A stretch of DNA of 64,000 bases from Octopus sinensis (GCF_006345805.1 NC_043011.1:49922464-49986463); one strand, 5' to 3'; shown: positions 40,180-54,498, counted from the first letter of the stretch. Notes: generated from the sequence alone by a model not told the origin. Numbers and translations are program-made.

Positions 40180-40410
40180 GCAGAAAATTCAACAAAATCT
40201 GTTACTCTGAGTTCTCGTTGCCGTACATCAGACAGTTTTTTGCTAGCAAAAACTGTCCGATGAACGGCTAGCAAAAACTGTCTGATGAACGGCAAGAGAA
40301 ACTCAGAGTAACAGATTTTGTTGAATTTTCTGCTGCTTTAAATAAAGCATATTACTCTAGCACTGGTATTTGAGTACTCTTTTTCCACCTTGTTTCACAT
40401 TTATGTGTTT
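40180..40410 (+). mobile_element. Penelope-like terminus with inverted duplication and HHR-like motif at 40278-40314
   Basis: About 65-bp inverted arms (40180-40246 / 40268-40333); CTGT-CTGATGA-ACGGCAAGA-GAAA-CTCAGAG-TA-ACAG; bounded by (TA)n. Confidence 0.55.
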
Positions 40411-40419
40411 ACTCTCCGG

Positions 40420-40480
<61 letters not shown>

Positions 40481-40647
40481 CATTATAATAATAAGGGCTT
40501 TTAGCAACAAGTTTGCTTAAACCATAATACCAAAAATATTAGAAATACCAACCAAAGGACTACTATTCCTTTGGCTGCTTTTCTAATATTTTCGGTATGT
40601 GGTTTAAGCAACTTGTTGCTAAAAACCCTTATTATAATTATATAATG
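40481..40647. repeat. Imperfect fold-back inverted repeat (about 75-bp arms, 7-nt loop)
   Basis: taagggcttttagcaacaagtttgcttaaacca...aaagga-ctactat-tcctttgg...tggtttaagcaacttgttgctaaaaaccctta. Confidence 0.85.
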
Positions 40648-40767
40648 TTTACCGAATATGGTCCTTTTCATACCGAAATACTACTAGGTGAAATCTATTG
40701 ATTTTATTAATTAATTATATTTCACCTTTATCTATATATATAAATATCTTTTAAGCATTAATGATAT

Positions 40768-40818
<51 letters not shown>

Positions 40819-41282
40819 TTTTGCATTACCTGTAAGTCATTCACTATATGTTGCCATGGAGAAAATTTATCTCTCTATCAAATAGATGTAAATGCACCAA
40901 GTTAATTCGCACCGCTCCCTAACAAAACAAGTGAATGCCAACATTTCGGAGTCATTATCTCCCTCTTCAGCAGCAGAGAACGGGAAGGCACACGTTGCGA
41001 GTTGACTTAAGATAATTTCGTCTGTTTTGCGCTAATCAGAAGCACATAATTGAACTGGTAACACAGTTATACATATCAATGTTCAGCGCTGTCTCTCTAT
41101 ACTTTATTTATAGTGAGCTGCTGAAGACACTGTCAATAATAATCATGGTAAAGATTAATAAATGTGTATATATATGTGTGCGTGTGTGTGAGTGTGATTA
41201 AATACACATACATCTTCGTGTATGCACACACATTCACCTATATCCAAGGAATAAAATCTATTAATTCAGCGGCCTATGTATA

Positions 41283-41391
<109 letters not shown>

Positions 41392-41581
41392 TAAATTGGA
41401 ATGAGGAGACAGTGAGAGAGAGTGGGGAGAGACGGAAGTGATGTAGGTGAATTGCGAATCAGTGTAAAAGACTTCTATGGTGGCAGAAAAGTGACATGAT
41501 TGTTGATATGTATGAGAGCTCAAACATGATTCATAAGCAGACAAGTAAATAAATCGGTGAATAGATTATAGATAGATAGAG

Positions 41582-41622
<41 letters not shown>

Positions 41623-42239
41623 TGTATATATACATATATACTTTAACGTTATACATATATATATATATATATATATCGTACTTCGATATATTATCTAAAA
41701 TATTATATACTATTAACCTTCCAACATCTAACCGAAATAACTCTCTAACGCAATCACCTCAACATATTAAATTGTTTATCCTAACAGCACAGCATATCTT
41801 TCTTACTTTAAACCTCATTTACATTACAGTTTATCTCATTTTAGCACATTTTAATCTTACAGCTCGTTATTTTCATTTTTATAGATAACCAATATCAAAA
41901 TTTCCGCCGCCACCGACACACCCCCACAGCAACACACACGAACAAATACATAGAGACCCACATAGTAAAGATATAGACCACAACCAACACATCTCACACG
42001 TAGACAGATTTCCTTATAAATACAATTTCGATATTGGCAAGAAAATCAACCAGGTGAGTGTCCCTCGTGAAAGGAAAAAATAAAACAGTATTTGTTGGAA
42101 CTGTCATCATCGTACGGATTCTCGTATCTTAGTATTCATAGTATGGTAACACAGACATTAATCATTTCGTTGGTTGATAGAAATAGTACTATATTTATTA
42201 TTATTATCATTATTATTATTATTACTATTATTATTATTA

Positions 42240-42279
<40 letters not shown>

Positions 42280-42281
42280 CA

Positions 42282-42317
<36 letters not shown>

Positions 42318-42324
42318 CATTTAT

Positions 42325-42720
42325 GGGTTTTTCTTCTTCTTTCAAATTTGCTTCCATTTCTTGCCGGGTGTCTTCCCGACTCCTAGGGCAAAGAAACTCA
42401 TTGTATACATTGGTAGGCCATTAAACTAAACTCACTAGTTCGTTCATTTTTTTCTTGATAGGAATAAAGTTAAATTAAAATACATGGGTAGTAATAGTTC
42501 TCACATCGACAATACTCTTCTTAATACGTGTGATGTACCAGTTAAGACAATCTTTTGCACTTCTTGCAGGGATGGTAAGCCAGGGATCATTCTCATATAA
42601 TTTTCTGTTCCCTTCTTGATCATTCCTAGTGCTCCTACGATCACTGGTATTGTAACCGCCTTGAGATGCCACATTTTCTCAATTTCAATGAGCAAGTCTT
42701 TATATTTTCTGAGCTTGTCA

Positions 42721-42722
<2 letters not shown>
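42325..42722 (-). mobile_element. R4/Dong-like LINE 3' end, second subfamily, flanked by (TAA)n
   Basis: LIEIEKMWHLKAVTIPVIVGALGMIKKG...GTSHVLRRVLSM*; its 3' UTR recurs at 46135-46290. Confidence 0.75.
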
Positions 42723-42751
<29 letters not shown>

Positions 42752-42821
42752 GGTTGTTGTTGTTGTTGTTGTTGCTATTGTTGTTGTGTTGCTGCTGCTG
42801 TTTTGTATTTTTATTATTATA

Positions 42822-43040
42822 AGGCGGCAAGTTAGCACAGTCGTTAGCACGCTGGACAAAATTTTTATTGTTATTTCGTCCGTCACTACGTTCCGAGTTC
42901 ATATTCTGCCGAGGTCGACTTTGCCTTTCATCCTTTCGGAGTCTATAAATTAAGTACCAGTGAAATCTGGGGGGTCAATGTAATCGACTACTCTCCTCCC
43001 CAAAACTTCCAACCTTGTGCCTATCATAGAAAGGATTATT
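42822..43040 (+). mobile_element. SINE family A with (TTA)n tail
   Basis: Full head and core; the tail runs directly into the R4-like 3' end. Confidence 0.8.
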
Positions 43041-43065
43041 TTCATTATTATTATTATTATTATTA

Positions 43066-43114
<49 letters not shown>

Positions 43115-43119
<5 letters not shown>

Positions 43120-45354
43120 TAGTTTTATTTTTATAGCGTGCTTTCACTTCACATACCGAGCGCAGCTCTGTGTGCCTTGGGTATGTGCTGTGATTTGTTT
43201 GATGCTCTGATGGTTATTGTATGGAAAGTGTTCTGCGTAAGATGTGTGCAGTGCCTAGTAGTGCAATTTTCTGTATGTTATATGTGTTTGTAAGTCCTGG
43301 TGTTTTTTGTTATGTATTTGTCTGAATATTTTTTATCATGCCTAATGCACCTACTATGATAGGAATTGTTTCTGTTTTCAGGTTCCACATTCTAGTTATC
43401 TCTATTTCCAGGTCTTTTGTTTTTTGAGAGTTTCTTCTCATTTCTTTTAAGACACGTTGTCATCTGCCGTATTGATACATCAATTAGATAGCATTTTTTT
43501 TCTTCATGATCTCTGACAACTATATCTGGTCTGTTGGCCTTAATTTCTCTATCTGTGTGTATCGGCATATCCCAGAGTATGGTTGCTTTCTCGTTTTCTG
43601 TGACCTTTTCTGGTGTGTGCCTATACCATCTTTTTTCTGTTGTTATTCCATAAAGTTGGCCTAGCTTCCAATGTATGTAGGTTCCAACTCTGTCATGTCT
43701 GTGAATATATTCCTTCTTAGCCAGGACTGGGCAGCTACAGATAATATGATTTATTATTGTTTCTTGTCCATCTTCACATATTCTGCAGTTACTTGTAATA
43801 TTTCTTTTCATTACATGTTTTTGTAATTTCTGGTCTTGTGCTGCAATTAAAAATCCCTCTGTTTCTGCTTTGAGTCCTGAGCTTCCAACAACCATTGCTG
43901 GGATTTTTCTTTGTCTATTCTTTTGCGTTTAGTTTAGTGCAGTATTTACCATGAAGGGGCTTTTCTTGCCATCGTTTTATCATGGCTCGTTGCTGTTCTA
44001 TTTTTTAGTTTGGATTTCATTTGTTTTATAGCTTTTGTTTGTTCTTCATCATCTTCTTCTTCTTTGTGTTTATTAGGTGGTATGATTTTCCTTGTTTGTA
44101 TAGCTTTGTCAGCTTCCTAGAACAGTTTTTTTGTTTTGTCTCGTGTTTTGCTGCTATCTGGATCAGTTTTCCTTCCTTCTGAAGTAGGTATTTTTGCAGT
44201 CCTATGGTTGTTATTTTATAGTAGTTTTCCAGCTGTATAAGGCCTCTACCACCTTCTATACGTTATTATATAGTCTTTTCTATGTCAGATGTTGGGTGAT
44301 GCAATCCTAGATCCTGTCAGTATTTTTCTTGTTTTCCTATCTATTTTGGACAGTTCATTTCGTGTCCAGTTAAGGATATTGTAGCTGTAACTTATAACTG
44401 GGACAGCTAAAGTGTTGATACCTATTATCTTGTTTTTAGCATTGAGCTCTGTTTTTAGTATTGATCTAACTCGTCTATAATATTCTTTTTTATTTTCTCT
44501 TTCATTTGTGTTGTGTTGTGTCTTATCTAGTTCATGGATTCCTAAGTATTTGTAAGTTTGGCTTTGGTCTAATTCTTTTATTTCATTGGTTTATCTAGTG
44601 TGATGTTGTTACTCTTAACTAGTTTTCCTCTTTTCAGGTTACTTTGGCGCATTTTTCTAATCCAAATTTCATATCTATTTCTTTGGTAAATCCATGAACT
44701 GTCTTTAATAGTGTTTCCAGCTGTTTGTCATTTGCAGCGTATAGTTTTAGGTCCATCCTATATAAAAGGTGGCTGATCGTTTTGCCGTAACATTTATATC
44801 CGCATCCAGTTCTATTTAGCATATCAGATAGAGGTGACAGTGCCAAGCAGAAAAGGAGTGGAGAGAGCGTGTCTCCCTGGAATATTCCTCTTCAATGGGG
44901 ATGTCTTTGGTTTTCATGAGTCCCTCTTTTGTTTGGAGGTGTAGGACTGTTTGCCATTTTTTATTCAAGAGTGCTCTATGAATTTTATGATTGTTGGTGC
45001 TACTTTGTTAATGGCTAGTGTTTTCGATGATCCATGTGTGGGGGATGCTATCAAACGCCTTTTTAGTCAATCCAGGCCATACTGAGGCCTTTCTTCTTTC
45101 TGTGGCTGTCTTCAGTTACGGCTTTATTAATCATTAGTTGATCTTTACAGCCATATGAACCCTTGCGGCATCCTTTCTGCTCTTCTGGGAACAGTTTGTG
45201 TTTCGTCCAGTGCTGCAGCCTTTGCGATATCACTGCAGTAAATGCCTTGAACATAGTAGGGAGGCAGGTTATTGGTCTGTAGTTTTCTGGTTTTGTTGTT
45301 TCATTTGATTTGGGAATTAAGATGGTTTTCCCCTTCGTGAGCCATTCAGGCATT
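43115..45354 (-). mobile_element. 5'-truncated R4/Dong-like retrotransposon (RT + CCHC knuckle + RLE), pseudogenised
   Basis: PEWLTKGKTILIPK...NYRPITCLPT, EEQKGCRKGSYGCKDQL, SHLLYRMDLKLY (decayed YMDD), CRICEDGQETIINHIICSC, RPDIVVRDHEEKKCYLIDVS; (TAA)n on both flanks. Confidence 0.9.
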
Positions 45355-45385
45355 GTTATTATTATTATTATTATTATTATTTTTA

Positions 45386-45429
<44 letters not shown>

Positions 45430-45534
45430 GTTGTTGTTGTTGTTGTTGTTGTTATTATTATCATTATCATTATTATTATTATTATTGTTGTTGTTGTTAT
45501 TATTATTATTATTATCATTATTATTATTATCATG

Positions 45535-45587
<53 letters not shown>

Positions 45588-45600
45588 GATTGATGATGTT

Positions 45601-46015
45601 GTTAAGATAAAGAGCACGATTCGGTTGTAATTGATATTTCATTAGTTGAACGATATTTCGACGGTAAGTCTGTCTTGGTAGAGTTCAAAATAAGAAGTGA
45701 AACAAAATTCAAAATTATAGAAATTTAAATTTAAACTATGAACGAGAGCAACCAGCGTCCACACGTTGATGAAATGCCTTCATCAGTCTTTTAGTTTCAA
45801 TTATATAATTTTTTCCTCTCTCTTCTTTCCCTTTTACTGTCTTCTTCTTTTCGTGTGGATGCTGGTTGCTCTCGTTCATATTTTATATTTATATTTCTAT
45901 TATTATTAGTTTTTTTCACTTCTTATTTTGTACTCGACAAAGACAGACTTACTGTCGAAATATCGTTCAACAAATTAAATATCTATTACAATCGAATTGC
46001 GCTCTTTCTCTTGAC
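45601..46015. repeat. Diverged inverted repeat (about 165-bp arms, about 85-nt spacer)
   Basis: tatgaacgagagcaaccagcgtccacacg versus cgtgtggatgctggttgctctcgttcata; gatatttcgacggtaagtctgtct versus agacagacttactgtcgaaatatc. Confidence 0.8.
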
Positions 46016-46084
46016 TGGCTGTTTACATTTGTGAAGAGTTACGATAATACTTTTAAAACACTATCATCATCATCGTCATCATCA

Positions 46085-46115
<31 letters not shown>

Positions 46116-46336
46116 AATTATCATCATCATCATCTTTCAATTCTGTAACGATTTCTTGCCGAGTGCCTTCCTGACTCGTAGGGCAGAGACACTCCTTGTA
46201 TATATTAACAGGCCATTAAAATAAACACACCAGATTGTTAATTTATAAAAATATGTGATAGAGAAGAAAAGAAAGTCATTAAATATCTTCTTCTTCTTCT
46301 TCTTCTTCTTCTTCTTCTTCTTCTTCTTCTTCTTCT

Positions 46337-46395
<59 letters not shown>

Positions 46396-46400
46396 TATTA

Positions 46401-46446
<46 letters not shown>

Positions 46447-48399
46447 GTTATTATTATTATTATTATATTATTATTATTATTATTATTGGTCAGTCAGGTT
46501 TTATTTTTATCACGTGCTTTCACTGCACTACCGAGCACAGGTCTGTGTGCCTTGGGTATGTGGATTTTCTTGTCATAGCGCGAAATTTTATGGGCGTAGT
46601 TCCTTATGTGAGGAGAGCGTTGAACATAATAGGGTGTGGTTTGCACGCGCGAAGTGTGTGGTCTGGTGTGCGTTTTTGTATGATTGAAGTGATTCTGTGT
46701 GAACGTGTACGTTTGCATACGTGTAAATGAATGAATGAGTGCCTGCTTATGTGAGTGCATTTCACTATGTGTGCGCGCACCTGTATGTCCGTGTAGCGTG
46801 GCGGGAATTTTGAATACGTGTCTGTGTGTCTGTCAGAGTGTGTTCGTTCACGTATGCATCTATGCTGTGGCACGGCCTTGAACGGTTTTAGTCGAACGAA
46901 TCGAACCCAATATCTACTTTCTGAAACCTGGTACTTATTGTATCGGTGTCCTTTCCCGAACCGCTAAGTTACGAGGACATAAACAAATCAACACTGCTTA
47001 TCAAGGAGTCATGGGAACAAACACACATAAATATATACATTCAAATACGGTGGAAATCTTATAGTTTCCATCAATCAAGCCCACTCACAGGACTTTGGCC
47101 GGAACTCGGAACCATGTGGCTGGGGAGCAGCAAATTTCTACGCATATGTGTGTGTGTGTGTTTGTGTGTTTGTGTGTGTGTGTGTGTGCGGTTGTGCTTG
47201 GGTGTATACGTGTGTGGTGTTTGTATGTGCGTGTATTTGTGTGCATGCATATATATATTAAAAACTATAAATTAGAGATAAAAACACTATTATGCAACAT
47301 AAACCAATACATAAATAACAAATAAAATATATTTTTATAAAACATAATTTATAACAAGATCTCAGAAAGTATAAAAATGAATGATCAATATATATATATA
47401 TACACTTTACCTGATTACTATTATTGTCTTGCATAATGATTCTCCGCAACCCTGACTTTTTATTTTTTGTTATAAATTCTCTGTTATTTGGTTTCCTTTC
47501 GAGCTGTTTTGAGAGATGCAGTCCTAGTAATCAAGAAAATAGCCACGGCTTCAGCGTCGTCAGACTAAATTTAGTGGCTTCGAAAAGGATGACAGATTTA
47601 TTAGAAAAAGCAACGGAATCTTTTTCCCCAATCACCCAGTCATACTTTGCCTTATTATATATATAGAATGGGGTCACATAGGCTAATATGGCTCCTGACT
47701 TTTCTCCACCATCCCCATATCCTATACCACTTAACAAGTGAAACAGAGAAGACACTCCTGAAATTCCTTTGATCACATGACTACTTATTTCAACTTCTCT
47801 TAGAGTAAATAGCAAAACCAACTTCCAAGAATTGCTGGAAAGAAATATAATCCACCACAGATGAATCAGATTCGATATTATCCGAACTGAGTAAAATCCG
47901 ATAATCATGATTTGTGTGTCAGCGTAGGAAATAATCAGTCGGTAAGAAGAAGACGAGATTTTACGATATGAAGTTATTAGACTTATGCAGTGAGTAAGAA
48001 ATAAGGAGGATGTGTGATGCTTTGTGCAGTAGTCCTTTCACGTTGGAGAAAGAGAGAATTTTATTTTGAAGTGAAACAAAACATGTTTTGTTTGATATCA
48101 CAATGCAGAAAGATAAACATTATTAAAGGGGAAGCGGAGTGTAATTCTAAGTGAGAAGAAAGGAGCAAGGACATATGTGAGACGTATGTGAAAGGCAATA
48201 CCAGGAAATGTTTGTGATTGGGTGTGTAGTTTTGTGTTTGTGTGTGTATGCGTTTTATGGATCGTGATGTTTTGTGTGCTCTGTTCTTTGTGTGTGTGCC
48301 TTGGCTGGTGACAATTTGTGTGAGATCTTAAGGGTATGAACATATGTGAACACATGCGTTTCAAGAGGGAAGCAAGTTGTCTTTTGAAGCATTTTATAG

Positions 48400-49640
48400 G
48401 TATGCAGTGGTATGACAGAATGTTTGTTGCTATTCGCATTGTAGACGCACACGGTGGAAATATGGCCGACATTAATGCCAGAGGCAGTCAAATACAGAGA
48501 AATGGGCTAAGGTGAACTCAAATGGCTAGCCACCGCCACCCTGGTTTTGTGTAGCTGGTTGATTTTAGGATGTTCTGCAAGTCAATGTCCTCTTTTCCGA
48601 GCAGCCCCACAAATGTACGGCTGGTTTCATAGTCACCATTTTATATAATAGACAGTACTCCCAGTGTTTCAGCGAACCGGTTAGAATCGTAAAAAGGAGT
48701 TCTTAGTTTCACTTCGGTATTAGAATTAAGTATGCGGAAAAAGTGTAGCCCCGAGGATGCGGTAGCTAAATGATTCTTAGCTAAGTTTGTTGAGATGAAA
48801 AGAATTGCTGACCAACAAGTTGTGCCGATTATAGATATGCCTTAGTCAGAAAGCTTTCTTTATGAAATGGTGGGCAGGATCGATTAGGATTAAATTCAAG
48901 GAAACGGAAGAATTATAGGATGGTACATAACAGAGGTAACGCGAGGGAATTGTAGGTAAGGATAAAGTGAAAGCATTTCATTGTAGGAAGCAACACGATG
49001 GTAGACACGTTACCGATATTGCATGTGCTAAAGCAAGGATCATCTACAGTTCGGAATATCTGCTTTGTGTGAAATAACAGACCATTCACTGAATCTGTCT
49101 CTCAAAATCGGTGCTGTGACTGCAAATGGGAGGGATTGGGGAGCAGAGGATAACAGAAGTAGTGTGAAGGGGCTGTGATACGGGAAGTCGAGAAGATAGT
49201 GGTAGTCATTGGCTACAAATAAAATGTGCATTTAGAGAAATTGGAGTTGATAATATCAACAGCTGGTTGTCGAGAAAGTCGACAGCGGTGATAGTGGTGA
49301 TGGCTGTAAATTGTAGGGCATTCTGGAAGGGGTTGACCGTGTCAGGAGCGAGGGAAGTGGTGTTCGTACTGTCAACAGTATAAACGTGAATAATCTGAGG
49401 ATGGTGCCTGTGGATTAGGTGGGTGAGGTTCTGGGCTTCAACGTAAACAACGAGTACATTAATGTACAAGTGTACCCTATTGATGACAGTGATCTGTTTC
49501 AAAAAATCGTTAGGAAAAGAGGAACAATTAAACGTTGCTATGAGCTTGGCAGTAGAGGATATTATCCGGGCTGGTTGCCAGATTGAGCGTTGTGGGAGAC
49601 AGCTACGCAGCGATGCGCGTAGCAGAAATTGTTCTATGTC
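48400..49640 (-). mobile_element. Heavily decayed Penelope-like element (RT C-half, linker, GIY-YIG)
   Basis: Frameshifted motifs VVYVEAQ...PQIIHVYTVD (YIDD region), VDFLD, HYLLDF, FILTYNSL (PLVLTYHP-like), YICG...LAEH, GINV. Confidence 0.55.
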
Positions 49641-50583
49641 GTCGCGTTACGGATACATTTTTTTGGCTTCGTACACCATAATTTAATCAATCGTTTTCTT
49701 TCCTTTAGCAACGTACGTCTAAACTCACATTAACACCCACATATACTCACACGGATCTCAGTAGTATAACACGCGCCAACAGATTTCGCAGAAAATATTA
49801 CGAAACCACACAGCATATAAACACACACAACCTCCTTCTTCGCAGTCACACTCACTAGATTTCCTAGACATATACACAGAGAAACGTACCACACAAGCAG
49901 CTATGTACTTTTACCTGCATTTCACGCACACCCTTTGCATGACGTTCCTATTTTCTACAATCACTTATACCTCTTGAAAAACGTGACATACACCTCATTT
50001 TATGTACTTTACAATTTATCTTCAAAAACATTTTCTCCGCTAACGTCGAAGGACTATTCACCGAAACGTTGAACACATATTGAGTTCATCCTTACAGCGT
50101 AAAAATATAACGTATTGCTTCATATACTTGTTCACTGAGTCTATTTATTATATTTGGTTCCTGCTAAAACAAAACAAGTGAAAGATGTTTAAAACCTGTG
50201 TTCTATAGCTTTGTTATTGGAGAACTAAATTCATTTGAAAGAAAATAAAATTATATTTGAATGTATTGGGGAAAAAAATTACGAAGTTTTCTTGTTTGTC
50301 TTTTTATATTTCTTTCCTTCTTTAAGACATTGCTTAAATTTTGAAAATAGGGATACTGCGTTCAATAGGCATAGCAATAATAAAAAACAGTAATAATAAT
50401 GATATTTAGGAGAGGAAAGAGATGGACAGGAGGAAAAAAAAAACGAAGTTGAAGATGATGACAATGACGATAACAATAAGAATGACTACCACCACCATCG
50501 CTACTACTACAAATGAATTAAGTAGTACATGAGAAAATCGAAAAAAAAACGAGCGCAGAATTATAGGAATAATAATGATGGTG

Positions 50584-50635
<52 letters not shown>

Positions 50636-51171
50636 GAGAAGAAGAGAAGAAGAAGAAGAAGAAGAGAAGAAGAAGAAGAAGAAGAAGAAGAAGAAGAGAA
50701 GAAGACGAAGAAGAGAAGAAGAAGAAGAAGAAGAAGAAGAAGAAGAAGAAGAGAGAGAAAACATGACAGAAAGAACAAATAGAGGCGAAATACAAGTGTT
50801 AAAAAGAAATACTGTATATGAACATATTCCAGAAGTGATAATTTTTTTAGGATAGCCATGTGTTATATAAAATATTTTAAACAGTAAACAACATGGCATA
50901 CATATGTATATGTGTCTGTATAAACGTGTGCGTGTATATGTGTGTGTAAGATGTTATCTATATATATTATATATATAATATATATAATATATATATAACA
51001 CACAGACACACGCACAACACACGCATATATATATATATATTATATTATATATTATATATATAATATATATACAGAGAGAGAGAGGCCTACGAAAAGTTAA
51101 GTTGCATGGGACCGAATCTAACTGCTTTAAATAGTATATATACATTAACATAGAGATAGATAGATAGATAG

Positions 51172-51239
<68 letters not shown>

Positions 51240-51332
51240 TGATTGATAGAATGATAGATAGACATATGTACTCTAAATGGTAAACATGACAATTATCAAT
51301 TTAAAAATATAAACACCCAGAAATTAAATATA

Positions 51333-51975
51333 CGTGGTCTGATCAATAAGTATCCGGACTGTTGCCATAGTAACGAAGCTAAAGCAGGCAAGTGAAGCCG
51401 ATTGGTATCGATTGACCTTGGAGGTTTAACATTCTAGCTTACTTCCGCTGTTTACAACAGTGCTTGGAAAGAAGGTGTGTAGCGTGTGATCGTAGCTTTG
51501 ACCATGACTGAAAGTTGAGCAGAGAATCGGCATCAGATTTTGCCTATGTAGAGTTTTTAAGAAGTTTTGATCGTCCTCAACACAATCGAGGAGATTTTCT
51601 ACAACTGAAACCCGAGTGTCTTTTTGGTCAGTTGTAAGCAGTTTTGGGACAAACTTGGCAGACACGCGTCTCATATCCAAATCGTCCGTGATAATGCATT
51701 GAACTGAACTCTAACTAATCTGCACATTCAGTGATAACTCACGAATGGTGATTCGACGATTTCCTTTCAAAACTGCAAACACATCTGCGATATTTTTCTT
51801 AGTTCTGCTAGTCACGGGTCTCCCAGAACGTTCGTCAATATCGACATTTTTTCGGCCATCCTGGAAACGTCTGAACCATTCGCCCACAATTGCCTTCATA
51901 TCTGCTCACCTTGGTTCCTCGCAAAGGCATCGCAGTCTAGGTTCGAAGCATTTGAGCGCTACTAATTGTTTCCCA
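51333..51975 (+). mobile_element. Mariner remnant: 5' TIR and start on +, adjoining transposase segment inverted
   Basis: TA|cgtggtctgatcaataagtatccggact TIR, ATG 51504 MTE-VEQRIGIRFC; minus strand EWFRRFQDGR...ERSGRP...RRITIREL and VSAKFVPKLLT. Confidence 0.8.
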
Positions 51976-52613
51976 TACTGAGGAGCTCTGAATCTCATCT
52001 TTTAACTATATAAATTAAACACAAGGCGGTTGTGTGGTAAGAAGCTTGCTTCCCAACCAAATGAGCCGACCAAAGCATTATGAATAGATTTGGTATCCGG
52101 AAAATGAAAGACAGTCGTATATACATATAAATATATATATGTAAGTATGTATGTATGTATGTATGTATGTATGTATTTATGTATGTATGTTTGTATGTAT
52201 GTATGCATGCATATATATATATATATGAAACAGTTTAAATGTTACGCTTCAAAAAGACTTAACTACGGAAAGTAGCTGAATCTTTTATCGAAATCTTTAA
52301 TACAAATTTAATAAAATTCAAACGTTACGATTCAACTGCTTTTAAATAAGAAGCAAAATTGGAAGATATCGAAATCTCCAACATGATCAAAGAATTTTGT
52401 GAAGATCAATATATAAGATAGAAATAACAAAATTCATAAAATTTGCCTCGTGTCTCGTTACTATATGTTAATGGATCAAATATTGAATCTATCAAATATA
52501 ATTGCAATTATTTGTATATATCAGCATGGTTTCTATGCATAGATATATACAGGAATATTACACAAGTGCACATAGCTACATACAGCTTGTGAGTGACGTG
52601 TGTGGTTCTGATT

Positions 52614-52670
<57 letters not shown>

Positions 52671-52782
52671 ATATATATATAATATATATACATAGAGAGG
52701 GAGAGAGAATGTATGTGTGTGAAAGAAAGAGCGAGATAGATAGATGATAGATAAATAGATAAATAGATAGATAGATAGATAT

Positions 52783-52882
<100 letters not shown>

Positions 52883-53150
52883 TGATACACACATACAAAT
52901 GCATAGAAATGCATGTGTGTCTGATTGACTGCGGTTGATTGAATATGCAATTACATTGATTATTTAAATACGTGTTTTCTGTCATGCAATTGTGTGTATC
53001 TTTATGTTATACTGTGTCGTACATACGCAAATTATCTCACATACACGAAAGTCTAGTTTTGAACTTATCTATATGTAAGTAATCACACATATCACATATG
53101 CACTAAACACAGATACACCATATATTCATACATATATATATATGTATATA

Positions 53151-53224
<74 letters not shown>

Positions 53225-53480
53225 CACAAGCACATACACTTATATATGGACACATGGACATACATATCTAGGGTGCGTGTGTAAGTATGATACGTAACAG
53301 TTATGTTCTGTAGCTACATATGATGTAAACATTTCCATACACGTGCAATATATACAATGTATATATGTATGTATAATATATATATATATATATATATGGC
53401 GTTTTATACATTGTATAATCCCTTCGAATTTATAATGCTCTCACTCTCTCTCACACACACATACTCTCTCTCAGATCCCC

Positions 53481-53573
<93 letters not shown>

Positions 53574-54014
53574 ATATGTGTGTGTGTATATAGGTCTTTG
53601 TATCTCGGGAGGTTCATTATACCAAATATAAAAGCACGCACTCTTTCGACACACGAATTCCGATGAAGAGTCTTGCATACGAAATATAAAAAGAACAAAA
53701 TAAATACATACATACACCCGCACATACACACGCACGCACGGATACTCGCGCGCGTACACGTACACACACATGCTACAGTTACATTTAAGATTTTCGAACC
53801 AAACAGTTATACACATCCTTCCATTTTATAAGATGTGGTTTTAGGTAGGTTATACCACATCTAAGTATGAAATGTAATTCCCTGTCTCTCTTAATGCTCA
53901 TTAGGAGTCCTGATAATCTATTAATTTTCGCACTCACCAACCTGAGGGAAAACGTTGCTGAGCTCTTAATTCTACTTTACATGTAGATTCAGTCTTACGT
54001 TCACAGGTGTGTAA

Positions 54015-54084
<70 letters not shown>

Positions 54085-54085
<1 letters not shown>

Positions 54086-54498
54086 TATTAATATATATAT
54101 ATTATATATAAAGTCAAGTCGTCGTGTGTCTGTCTCCTACGATTTAGATTCCTAACTACTCCCACATTTTGCGGTGCAGTTTAACCAAAACCGGGTATCT
54201 TATAGTCGTGATTCATATCGAGCCCTTCTGGGTATTAGCGCGCGTCTTACAATGAGTCTACGATTTAAAAAAAAAGTTACCATCATTTTTTCCATTTTAA
54301 TGCATTTTTCGCTATTATATAAGGGAAGTAACTCTCTAAAAATGAACACGATGAGTCAACGATTTAAAAAAAAATTACCATAATTTGTTTTCCATTTTTA
54401 ATGCATTTTTTAAAATATTTTTTTGGCTATAACTCTCTAAAAATGCTTATATAGTTATTTCCTTTACAAATCCGAGCAACGCCGGGCGATACTGCTAG

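Noticed and set aside
47424-47908. Overlapping 80-aa and 125-aa ORFs in non-repetitive sequence
   Set aside because: No recognisable domain on either strand and no clear splice signals.
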